64,000 nt of DNA from Acidobacteriota bacterium (GTDB taxonomy: Bacteria; Acidobacteriota; UBA890; WLXD01), in NCBI GenBank assembly GCA_963666215.2, contig CAXWPL010000002.1, positions 32,001 through 96,000 of the forward strand, given 5' to 3'. Below are positions 40,214 through 49,636 of this stretch, in pieces (positions within the stretch are counted from its first letter, which is position 1; every line of letters begins with the position of its first letter). A program made the translations under genes and the position numbers. The notes beneath the pieces were generated by a model. The model saw only the letters and a program-made list of their open reading frames with translations, did no database searches and had not been told where the DNA came from.

Positions 40214-41545
40214 GTGGCAGAGCGGGTCAAGCTGACCAAGAGCGTGGTCGACAAGGCGGTGCATGAGGGGGCAGGGAATCAGAGCTTCCTCCGGGACAGC
40301 GAGTTGGCGGGGTTTTGTTTACGGATCACTGCCGGGCGCGTCAAGAGCTACTGCGTCGAGTACACCGTGGCCGGGCGCAACCGTCGCGTCACTCTCGGCG
40401 GACACGGGCGGATCACCGTTGATCAGGCGAGGACCTTGGCGCTCAACGAGCTGAACGCCGCCGCGATGGCGGACAAGGGAATGGGCGTCGACCCGGCGGA
40501 GAAGCGGAAGCGGGAGAAGGAAGGCGACACCCTCCAGGACGTCGCCACCCGCTACCTCGATGACCTCAAGGGGCGGGCGAAAGCGGGTGCGGCCAAAGGC
40601 CGGCTGAGCGGCTGGGAAAGCGCGAAGGGACTGTGGGGCCGGCACGTTCCCCCGTCACTCAAGAGCCGGAAGGTGGCCGACATCACGACGGCCGATGTCA
40701 GTAAGGTGCACAAGAAGCTCGGCAACGCGGGCATGGCTCCGACGGCCGATCACGTCAGGACGGTCCTGCATAGCGTGCTTGAGCTGGCGCTTGCCGAGGG
40801 GCTGATCGACCGCAACCCGGCGACGGCCGTCAAGCGCTACTCGAAGCCCTCGAAGAGGCGCCGGGCGCTGACGCTGGAGGAGTTGGCGAGCATGGGGGAG
40901 GCGCTCTCCGAGGCGGAGCGGACCGGGAAGCTCGACGGCCAGCCGGTGGACCCGGCGGGGGTGCTGGCAATGAGGTTGCTTGCGCTTACAGGCATGAGGA
41001 AAAGCGAGCTTCTGGGGCATCACACCAGCGCAAGACGGGGGCCGAGAGAGGGGTTGCGGTGGGCCGACATGGACCTCGACGGTCGCAGCTACAGGCTGCA
41101 ATCGCATGGTGGAGGCAGCGGGGGCAAGGGGGGTGAGCCGAGGGTGTTGCCGTTGGGGCAGGCGGTGGTGGATTTGTTGCGGGGGGTGAAGCCCGAGGAC
41201 GTCGACGAAGAGCGACCGGTGTGCCCGTCGCCACGCGATGCGTCGCAGCCGTTCCAATACATCAACCCCGTGCGGGGCGCCGTCTACGAGGCGGCGGAGA
41301 TCGAGGGCGCCGACCTGCATTCCTTGCGTCATTCGTTTGAGAGCATCGCCTTCAGCATGGGGCCGGCGTACGGGGGATGTTTGACCGGTCGGACCATCGT
41401 GAAGGGGAGCTTGCGCGCCTATGTACACATCGACGCCGACGTGTTGCATGAGCTGGCGGACAAGGTTGCTGGCAGGATTGGCGATGCGATGGCCGGCAGG
41501 CTGGCGGACGTGGTGCCGATTGAGCGCAAGCGAGGGCAGCGGTGA
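40214..41545 (+). CDS. Tyrosine integrase with N-terminal arm-DNA-binding domain
   Basis: KLTKSVVD...RDSELAGFCLRIT...RVTLG.HG.ITVDQAR; TGMRKSE, HSLRHSF, RAYVH. Confidence 0.9.
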   Translation: MAERVKLTKSVVDKAVHEGAGNQSFLRDSELAGFCLRITAGRVKSYCVEYTVAGRNRRVTLGGHGRITVDQARTLALNELNAAAMADKGMGVDPAEKRKREKEGDTLQDVATRYLDDLKGRAKAGAAKGRLSGWESAKGLWGRHVPPSLKSRKVADITTADVSKVHKKLGNAGMAPTADHVRTVLHSVLELALAEGLIDRNPATAVKRYSKPSKRRRALTLEELASMGEALSEAERTGKLDGQPVDPAGVLAMRLLALTGMRKSELLGHHTSARRGPREGLRWADMDLDGRSYRLQSHGGGSGGKGGEPRVLPLGQAVVDLLRGVKPEDVDEERPVCPSPRDASQPFQYINPVRGAVYEAAEIEGADLHSLRHSFESIAFSMGPAYGGCLTGRTIVKGSLRAYVHIDADVLHELADKVAGRIGDAMAGRLADVVPIERKRGQR

Positions 41546-42072
41546 CGAAGGCGCGGCGGGTACCGACGCACGACCGGGGCGGGCGGCCGGTCGAGGGCGC
41601 TCAGGAGCTGCTGGACTGGATCGGACGGACGAACGAAGAGCGGTATGCGCGGGACCGGGTGCTGGGGATGATCCGGCGGGAGGATGACCCCAGCGACCAG
41701 GACTTGATCGAGTACCTTGAGCGGCCCGAGGGGCACGACCCGTACGGCATCAGTGCGAGAGACCTCGTGCCGGCGGTGGTGCGCGAGTACCTGGAGCGTC
41801 GACGCCGGGAAGGGGTGAAGATCGGCGCCAAGAAGGGGCGGCGGCTGACGCCTGGGGATGAAGCGTTCATCGTGTCATGCGTGCTCGATGAGCTGGCACG
41901 GCTGCGGCACCTGAAAAGCGACGGGGAGAGCGTCAGGGGTGGCGTGCTGACCACGGCCTACCAGAACGTCGCCGAGGAGCTGGACGTCGGGTGGCGCCGG
42001 GTCCAGCAGCTGGTGCGCGACGCGGACAAGCCGCGACGCCATCTATCAGCGCGAGCTCGAAGGGGTCGGTGA
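41542..42072 (+). CDS. Hypothetical island protein with possible C-terminal HTH
   Basis: Start overlaps integrase stop (GTGA); AYQNVAEELDVGWRRVQQLV looks like an HTH. Confidence 0.5.
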   Translation: MTKARRVPTHDRGGRPVEGAQELLDWIGRTNEERYARDRVLGMIRREDDPSDQDLIEYLERPEGHDPYGISARDLVPAVVREYLERRRREGVKIGAKKGRRLTPGDEAFIVSCVLDELARLRHLKSDGESVRGGVLTTAYQNVAEELDVGWRRVQQLVRDADKPRRHLSARARRGR

Positions 42073-42166
42073 AGCAACCAAGCTCGTTGGCCTACGTGCG
42101 ATCGCTGCACGAAGGAATCCGGAGAGATTCCTCACGGACGACACCGATCCGCTGTTCGGACCGACC

Positions 42167-42387
42167 GTGTTCGACAGCATTGTGATCAAGATCCAGGAAG
42201 CCGAGGAAGTTGACTACTGGGCCGCCGTTGAACGGACGGTCGCGTACCTCGAAAGCGATCATGTTCGGCAGATTCCGACCAGCCGGATCCGCGCCGAGCT
42301 ATTCGCTGAAGTCGCGGTGGCCATGCGAGGGCCCCATGCGCGGGTGCTCCGCGCGAGCGATGTCCGCGATATCGATCACCTGGCGAC
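42167..42387 (+). pseudogene. Hypothetical gene fragment cut by IS3
   Basis: ORF 42167..42430 runs into the IS3 left IR at 42388. Confidence 0.35.
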
Positions 42388-43759
42388 TGGGCCTGCCCCG
42401 ATTTCACGGACACTTCAAGAGGCCAGATAATGGTCTCGGAGGTGACCGATGGGAAGAAGGCGGCATTTCAGTCGAGAGTTCAAGATCGAAGCGGTGCGGA
42501 TGACTCGGGAGGGCGATCATACGCTTGCCGAAGTCGCGCTGGATCTGGGTATCGGCGCGGGGCTATTAGGTCGGTGGCGAAGGCAGCTCGAGCAGCAGGG
42601 GCCATCCGCGTTCGCCGATGTGGGCAGCAGGCCGGTGCCCGATGAGCAGATCCGCGAGTTGCAGCGCGAGCTGCAGCGAGTACGGCAAGAACGCGACATT
42701 CTAAAAAAAGCGTTGGCGATCTTCTCGGACCGCCGGCGATGAGATATCCCGTTGTCGAACAGCTCAGCGGCCGGTACCCGGTGCGGCGGATCTGCGAGAC
42801 GCTGGAAGTCTCTCGCAGCGGTTACTACGACTGGCTCGGACGGACGCCGAGCCCAAGGGCACGAGAAGATCGCCGGCTCAGGGTCCGGATACGAGCCACG
42901 TTTCGAGAGAGCCGCTGCCACTACGGCAGTCCGCGGATCTACAAGGAACTGCGGCAGGCCGGCATCCGGTGCTCGCGCAAGCGGGTGGCACGACTGATAC
43001 GGCAGGACGGCCTGCGAGCTCGCCAGCGTCGACGGTTCAGAGTCACGACGAGATCAACACCCGGTAGGCCAGCAGCGCCCAACCTGTTGGGACGGCGCTT
43101 CACCGCCAAGGCTCTGGACGAGGTGTGGCTGGGCGACGTCACGTATGTGTGGACGAATGAGGGATGGCTGTATCTTGCAGCGCTGATGGACCTGTGCTCG
43201 CGGAGGATCATCGGCTGGTCGGCGAACGAGCGCATGACGGGCAACCTGACCCTGACGGTGCTGGAGAAAGCGATCCGCCAACGTCGGCCCTGCGCAGGCG
43301 CGATGCATCACACGGATCGCGGCAGCCAATACACGAGCAAGGAGTACCAGGAGAGGCTCAAGACACTCGGGTTCGAGGTCTCGATGAGCCGGAAGGGAGA
43401 CTGCTGGGACAACGCGCCGATGGAGAGTTTCTTCTCAACCCTAAAGATGGAGCTCGGGGATCGGTTCACGTCACGGGCGGCGGCGCGAGCGGCGCTGTTC
43501 GAATACATCGAGGTTTTCTACAATCGGGCTCGGATGCATACCTCGATCGGAGACCAGAGCCCCGCGCAGTTCGAGCAGGCACTACGCTCGCTCGAGAACG
43601 GTCGGCGGCCAAACGTGGAAGCTGATGTGTCCATGGAAATCGCTGCGCGTTTCCCACAGCCACGTGGAGAACGCTCCGCGTTCCCCACGGCTCCCACGGC
43701 TGCTACTACAACTGTCTAAACAACCTTAACTTTGTGTCCGTGAAAACGGGGCAACCCTA
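42388..43759 (+). mobile_element. IS3-family insertion sequence
   Basis: 26-bp IRs TGGGCCTGCCCCGATTTCACGGACAC / rc TAGGGTTGCCCCGTTTTCACGGACAC (22/26); orfA/orfB; no target duplication seen. Confidence 0.92.
42449..43719 (+). CDS. IS3 transposase OrfA (42449-42742) / OrfB (42739-43719) with -1 frameshift signal
   Basis: FSREFKIEAV HTH and ERDILKKA; slippery A_AAA_AAG at 42704-42710; WLGDVTY, HTDRGSQY, DNAPMESFF. Confidence 0.93.
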
Positions 43760-44308
43760 CTCGTCCCGAATAAGGCCATGGCCCTCGATCGTATAGGTCT
43801 GTGCCCGCTTCGGCAGAAGCGTGGCCTGGACGGCAAGGCGCAGGGAGGAGAGCATCTCGTCCAAGCGCACGAAAAAGCCGTCATGGCCCATGCGCTCGTC
43901 TGCGCCTTCTAGGATCCGCCTCCGCTGCTCCGTCCAGAACTGCAGGTCGTCGTTCTGAGGGAGCAGGAGCACGTCCTCTCCCAGAAGGGAGTCAACTTTA
44001 AGGCACTCAGCGACGCGGTTGATACCGGCGGGGTCGTAGGCCAGGGCCCCGGCCCAAGGGCCCGAAATCACGTCTGACCAATTGTGCCGGAAGAGCAGGA
44101 GGAAACGAGAGGCAGGGGAGACAATCCCCAACCCGACGAATGCTAAACCAAGCGTGTGCTGTTGGATCGCGAGCCCGGGCCTCTCCAGGGTGAAGGCGGA
44201 GCCGTCGAGAGCGACGACGTCAAAGAGAAGAGCAAGCCCCAACAGTTCAAGGACAAGGAACTGCATCCAGGGCCGCGATTTGACGAAGAACTGAGCGACC
44301 CACTCCAT
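43757..44308 (-). pseudogene. Hypothetical membrane protein fragment between IS3 and IS256
   Basis: Its stop codon is supplied by the IS3 right end; two hydrophobic segments. Confidence 0.4.
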
Positions 44309-44363
44309 TCTTAGGAGATCCTTTGACTTCTACCGGTTCTTAGCCCTGTAACGGCTCTGCGCT

Positions 44364-45770
44364 GGGATGTCACAGGCTCCGTTGAAAAAGGGTGACGGTG
44401 ATCCGACCTCGATAGTGTGTCGGGGTCAATCCACTGGCATGGAGGATCACCGTCATGAGCAAGAGTCGCAGAACAGAGACAAGTAGGAAAGCGGAGCGCC
44501 AAGAGAACCCGCTCCTGGAGGCAGTGGTAGCGGCGCGATCGGATCTACGAGCGCTGGTCATGGACGCGGGCTTCGGGGTGTTGGGTTCGCTGCTGGAAGA
44601 AGACCGGGCGGAGCTCTGCGGAGAGCGCTACGCGCGGTCACAGCAGCGGCGGGCGTACCGACACGGCTACGACGAGGGCTCGCTGGTGATGGGCGGCCGG
44701 CGGGTCAAGGTACGCAAGCCGCGGGCTCGGAGCGTCGATGGCCAAGAGCTGCCGCTGCCGCACTGGGAGAGGTTCAAGGCAACAGATCCGCTCGAAGAGC
44801 GCGCCGTAGAGCAGATCCTGTGCGGCGTCACGACGCGCAAGTACGAGCGCTCGTTAGAGCGGCTCGACGACGGGCGAGCTTCGTCGGGAACGAGTCGCTC
44901 GAGTGTGTCGCGGCGGTTCGTAGCGCGTACAGCCAAGCAGGTGCAGCAGTACCTGGCCCAACCGCTCAATGAAGTGGACCTGCCGGTGCTGGTGATCGAC
45001 GGCACGCACATGGGCAAGCACTTGTTGGTGATCGCCATGGGCATCGACGCGGACGGCGTCAAGCATGTGCTGGGTGTCGTAGAGGGCACCACGGAGAGCT
45101 CCCACGTGTGCCGGTCGCTGCTGCGGCAGTTGATCGAGCGCGGCATGCCCGTCGAACGGGCGCGGTTGGTGGTAATCGATGGCTCCAAGGGCCTCCGTAA
45201 AGCAGTGCGCGACACGTTCGGCGAGTGGGCCCTGATCCAGCGCTGCCGTGTCCACAAGATCAAGAATGTATTGGAGCATCTGCCAGGGCATATCCGGCCC
45301 TGGTTCGCAGCCAAGATCCGCAAGGCGTGGAAGGCGGAGACGGCCACGGCAGCGACCAAGCAGCTCGACGCCGTGGTCAAGGAGCTGGAGACCGATCACC
45401 CCGGTGCAGCGGCCTCGCTCAGAGAAGGAATGCAAGAGACGCTCACCGTCACTCGGCTCCGAGTTCAGGGGCCGCTGCTTCGGACGTTACGTTCAACGAA
45501 TACGATCGAGAACCTGAACGGGACGATCAAACACGTCAGCCGCAACGTAAAGCGGTGGCGCTCCGGGAGCATGATCGTTCGATGGGCGGTTACTGCACTC
45601 ATCGAGGCCGAGAGCAAGTTCCGGAGGGTTCGTGGCTACCGCGACATCGCCAAGCTCGATGCCGCACTCAACACCGCCGTCGACGTTCCCCTTGAGCAGG
45701 AGCGCCGTACTGCGTAACAATCCCCAACCACTTCACCGTCGCCTTAGTTCAACGGACGGTGGGACATCCC
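44364..45770 (+). mobile_element. IS256-family insertion sequence, full length
   Basis: IRs GGGATGTCACAGGCTCCGTTGAA / rc GGGATGTCCCACCGTCCGTTGAA; no target duplication seen. Confidence 0.92.
44455..45717 (+). CDS. IS256-family DDE transposase
   Basis: SRSSVSRR, LVIDG, GXKHVLG, VIDGSKGL, QRCRVHK, STNTIENLN. Confidence 0.93.
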   Translation: MSKSRRTETSRKAERQENPLLEAVVAARSDLRALVMDAGFGVLGSLLEEDRAELCGERYARSQQRRAYRHGYDEGSLVMGGRRVKVRKPRARSVDGQELPLPHWERFKATDPLEERAVEQILCGVTTRKYERSLERLDDGRASSGTSRSSVSRRFVARTAKQVQQYLAQPLNEVDLPVLVIDGTHMGKHLLVIAMGIDADGVKHVLGVVEGTTESSHVCRSLLRQLIERGMPVERARLVVIDGSKGLRKAVRDTFGEWALIQRCRVHKIKNVLEHLPGHIRPWFAAKIRKAWKAETATAATKQLDAVVKELETDHPGAAASLREGMQETLTVTRLRVQGPLLRTLRSTNTIENLNGTIKHVSRNVKRWRSGSMIVRWAVTALIEAESKFRRVRGYRDIAKLDAALNTAVDVPLEQERRTA

Positions 45771-46155
45771 CCCCGTGGGAGGGTCCCGGTAACCCACTGA
45801 AACAGCAGGAGTTACCCATTTACCCCTAGATCCCGCTGCCGGCGTTAGGGGTATAAGGCGAGCCAGGCTCGAGCGGATCCGCCTGGCATTCGCTGCCCGC
45901 CGCCGACAAATTCGACGCGCCATTTGGGCTCCTGCGCTGGCCCGCAACTTTCCTCCCGCCCCTCTCTCCGTTGGATCTCGCACGCTTTGGCGGTAGGCTT
46001 CAGGCGTTCGCCCCCTACCCCGCTGGGCACGCGGCTCGGCTGGCCGAGGAAGTTAAATTGACAATGCCCTTTCGTTCGGTGCGTCGCGCAACATCACGCC
46101 CCCGGCGCCGGCCGGAGCGAGCTCGGGGACATTCGACAGCCGCTCGATTTCGAGC

Positions 46156-47190
46156 CTACGAGTCGTACCGAACGATTACCCCCTCGGAGAATCGCTCCAT
46201 CTCCTCGTACTGCGGGCTGAACTGGAGTAACACCAGGTCGACCCCGGCGGCCTCGAAGGCGCGGAGGCGCTCGACGAGCTGCTCGGGAGTTCCCACCAAG
46301 CCGCTCTTCAGGCCCCGGTTGGAGACCGAGTAGTCCTGCACCTGCAGCTCCTGCTCCAGCTCCGTGCCGGCGAGCCACTGCTGGAAGTTTTCGAAGCCAG
46401 CGTCTCCCTCCCCCAGGTTGGTGACACGCTCGTACTCGCGTCGAACCTCTTCCTCGGTATCCCGGCAGATCGCGTAGCCCGACACACCGTACACGAGGTC
46501 GGGGAGGTCGAGGCTCGCGCGCCGGGCGCGCATGTCGGCGATCTTGTCGGCCACCGTGGCGGGAGGATCGCCGTGCATGAGGTAGGCGTCGCAATGGCTC
46601 GAGATCATCTCCTTAGCCCTCGGAGACTCGCCGCCCGCGTAGACGATCGGTCGCGGTTTCTGCACCGGCTTGGGCTCGAGGATCGCGTCCGCGACGTTGT
46701 AGTAGTCGCCGGAGAAGCTGAACCTCTTCTCGGACCACATCCCCGAAACCACCTCCAGCCACTCCGAAGAGCGCGCGTAGCGATTATCGTGGTGATCGAA
46801 TCCGACACCGTACTGGCGCGCCTCATCCTCCCACCACGACGACACCAGGTTGATGGTCAGACGCCCTCCGCTGATCTGATCGATATTCGCCGCTTGCTTG
46901 GCTAGCAGGGCCGGTTCGTGAAAGGTGGGACGCACCGCAACCATCAGTTCGAGGCTCTCGGTGACCGCCGCAAGCGCCGACGTCGTGGTCCAGGCGTCAA
47001 GAGAAGGAGCCTCGACGCCCTTGATGTCGTTAAGGTTGAGCTCGGCGATCAGCGTGAGGTCGAAGCCGATTTGCTCGCTGCGACGAGCCAAGCGAGACAC
47101 GTAGTCCCAGGAAGGCTCCATCCCTTCCTGCTCGACGTTGCGCAGCCATCCTCCGAAAACCGGCAGCCAGAAGCCGAAACGCATGTTCAC
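46156..47190 (-). CDS. LLM-class flavin-dependent monooxygenase (SsuD/SfnG-like)
   Basis: FGFWLPVFGGW, AELNLND, LMVAVRP, ISGGRLTINLVS, YAGGES, GLVGTPEQ. Confidence 0.9.
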   Translation of the reverse strand: MNMRFGFWLPVFGGWLRNVEQEGMEPSWDYVSRLARRSEQIGFDLTLIAELNLNDIKGVEAPSLDAWTTTSALAAVTESLELMVAVRPTFHEPALLAKQAANIDQISGGRLTINLVSSWWEDEARQYGVGFDHHDNRYARSSEWLEVVSGMWSEKRFSFSGDYYNVADAILEPKPVQKPRPIVYAGGESPRAKEMISSHCDAYLMHGDPPATVADKIADMRARRASLDLPDLVYGVSGYAICRDTEEEVRREYERVTNLGEGDAGFENFQQWLAGTELEQELQVQDYSVSNRGLKSGLVGTPEQLVERLRAFEAAGVDLVLLQFSPQYEEMERFSEGVIVRYDS

Positions 47191-47193
47191 ACC

Positions 47194-48198
47194 CTATCCG
47201 GCGCCGTTTCCGTTCGACGCCCGATCGGCCTCTTCAACCAGGTAGTCGACCAGACGGCTGAAGGGATCGAAGCCGATGACGTTGGGGGCGTCGGCCACGA
47301 AGTTCGATAGAGCGTTGAGGTCGTAGAAGTAGTGCTGGCCGTCGCGTGCGTCGACGATGTACTCGATGCCCCCTACATCGACGTGGGCTGCGGCCATGAT
47401 GCGCTCGACTTGATTGACAATCTCCTCCGGCGGCTCGTAGCCCTCGACGTACAGGTCGTTTTTCGGCGCGTCCTCGGGGTAGGCGGCGCGCTCCAGCTTG
47501 TCGCCCCCGACGCACATGGAAATGCTGCCGGGACAAAGGTTGAAGCCGCCGTCGCCCTGCATGTAGATCCGGATGGCGTACAGGTGCCGCCCCCCCACCA
47601 CCTCCACCCGAACGATCCTGCTCTCCGACGCCGGAATGAACTCCTGGAGGAGCGCGGTGCCGTCCAATCCGAAATCCAGATCGTTCTCCTCGGCGGCCTG
47701 TCGGAGGTCAGCGGCGCTCTCGAACTTCCGGATCCCGGCGCCGCTGCCGCCGATGTTGGGCTTGAAGATGACCGGGAAGCTCAGGCCCTCGGCGAGTTGC
47801 GCGGCAGCGGACGCGTTGTGGATGAGACGGGACGGGGGCGCCGGCAAACCCTCCTGTGCGAACAGCGCTAGCTGCCGCGCCTTGGAGATCTCCGTGGCGA
47901 AACACTCGTACCCGTTGATCACTTTCACGCCCAGCTTCTCAAGGTGTGCCAGGTATTGCAGCGTGTAGAAGATCGCGCCCGAATGACCGCGGGTGAACGC
48001 GGAGGGACTGACGCGGTTGAACAGGAGGGAATACGGAGGGCGGGGGTCCGCGATGTCGTAGGAATGATTTTCGACATGCAGCCGGTCGTGCGCGATGCCG
48101 CGCAGCTCCAGCTCGTCGAAGAGGGGGCCGAACCAGCTCGGATGCTCGTAATAGATGGCGATGGGTGTCGTCGCCGGTTCCGTCGATCGAGTGGACAT
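47194..48198 (-). CDS. RimK/glutathione-synthetase-like ATP-grasp ligase
   Basis: FNRVSPS, KPNIGGSGAGI, LLQEFIP, GGIEY, YDLNALSNF; AGGAG RBS. Confidence 0.85.
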   Translation of the reverse strand: MSTRSTEPATTPIAIYYEHPSWFGPLFDELELRGIAHDRLHVENHSYDIADPRPPYSLLFNRVSPSAFTRGHSGAIFYTLQYLAHLEKLGVKVINGYECFATEISKARQLALFAQEGLPAPPSRLIHNASAAAQLAEGLSFPVIFKPNIGGSGAGIRKFESAADLRQAAEENDLDFGLDGTALLQEFIPASESRIVRVEVVGGRHLYAIRIYMQGDGGFNLCPGSISMCVGGDKLERAAYPEDAPKNDLYVEGYEPPEEIVNQVERIMAAAHVDVGGIEYIVDARDGQHYFYDLNALSNFVADAPNVIGFDPFSRLVDYLVEEADRASNGNGAG

Positions 48199-48340
48199 GT
48201 GGAAACTCCTCGCGTTTCTCCGCGGCCTACATCCGAACCAAGGGGCCACGCGACCCAAGGGCCCACCAGACTCCCACTCGACTGCGCACAGTAATTCTGA
48301 GTGAATCCGTCAGAATTTGCGATTGTAGGCTGCGCCGCCC

Positions 48341-48355
48341 GCGACAACGGTGCCA
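48341..48355 (-). promoter_or_regulatory. Possible sigma-54 promoter for the ATP-grasp/LLM operon
   Basis: Minus strand TGGCACC-GTTG-TCGC, imperfect -12 element. Confidence 0.3.
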
Positions 48356-48518
48356 TGACGTCGTGATTCATCTGGTTCTGCATCGGTTCGCATAGCGACT
48401 ACGACAGAATGCTTCGCGAGCTGTGCCCCGGATCTCGGACCGGCGAAGTTAACTTGAGAGCGTCCCCAGAACACCCAAGAAAGTATGAGTTACGCAGAGG
48501 AGTGTCTCATGTTCCGGG

Positions 48519-49571
48519 GGGATGTCACAGGCGTCCGTTGAACTAAGGCGACGGTGAAGTGGTTGGGATTGTTACGCAGTACGGCGCTCCTGCTCAAGGT
48601 GAGCGTCGACGGCGGCGTTCAGTGCGGCATCGAGCTTGGCGATGTCGCGGTAGCCACGGACCCTCCGGAAGTGGCTCTCGGCCTCGATGAGCGCGGTAAC
48701 CGCCCATCGAACGATCATGCTCCCGGAGCGCCATCTCTTTACGTTGCGGCTGACGTGTTTGATCGTGCCGTTGAGATTCTCGATCGTGTTCGTTGAACGC
48801 AACGTTCGAAGCAGCGGCCCCTGCACTCCGAGCCGGGTGACGGTGAGCGTCTCTTGCATTCCTTCTCTGAGCGAGGCCGCGGCACCCGGGTGATCCGTCT
48901 CCAGCTCTTTGGCCACGGCGTCGAGCTGCTTGGTCGCTGCCGCTGCCGTCTCCGCCTTCCAGGCCTTGCGGATCTTCGCCGCGAACCAGGGCCGGATATG
49001 CCCTGGCAGATGTTCCAAGACGTTCTTGATCTTGTGGACACGGCAGCGCTGGATCAGGGTCCACTCGCCGAACGTGTCGCGCACTGCTTTACGGAGGCCC
49101 TTGGAGCCATCGATTACCACCAACCGCGCCCGTTCGACGGGCATGCCGCGTTCAATCAACTGCCGCAGCAGCGATCGGCACACACGTGAACTCTCGGTGG
49201 TGCCTTCTACGACGCCCAGAACATGCTTGCCGCCGTCCGTATCGATGCCCATGGCGATCACCAACAGGTACTTGCCCATGTGCGTACCGTCGATCACCAG
49301 CACCGGCAAGTCCACCTCGTTGAGTGGTTGGGCCAGATACTGCTGCACCTGCCGGGCGGTACGCGCTACGAACCGCCGCGACACACTCGAGCGACTCGTC
49401 CCGGATGAAGTTCGGCCTTCGGACAGCACGTCTCGAGAGCTCAGGCAAAACCGATGGTAGAGCCAGACGGCGTGGCTGATGATCTCGACCGCAAAACGGT
49501 GTCTGCGGTAGCGGACGGATGCGGTGGCCACGGCTGCACTCTGCCAGCATCTCGGTTGGGTTGACAACGCC
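48519..49571 (-). mobile_element. Chimeric IS: IS6-type left end and N-terminus fused to the 3' two-thirds of a second IS256 copy
   Basis: IS256 right IR at 48519; ORF 49531->48572 reads VATASVRYRRHRFAVEIISHAVWLYHRFCLSSRDV then LSEGRTSSGTSRSSVSRR...; GGCGTTGTCAA end at 49571. Confidence 0.8.
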
Positions 49572-49636
49572 CTGAAGAGCCTCCTTCCTATCCATGTGCT
49601 GTACGATCGCGCCGCTCCAATCCTGAGGACCAGACC

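Noticed and set aside
46030-46063. dif/Xer site suggested by GTTAAAT
   Set aside because: Only part of a XerD arm matches and there is no XerC arm at the right spacing
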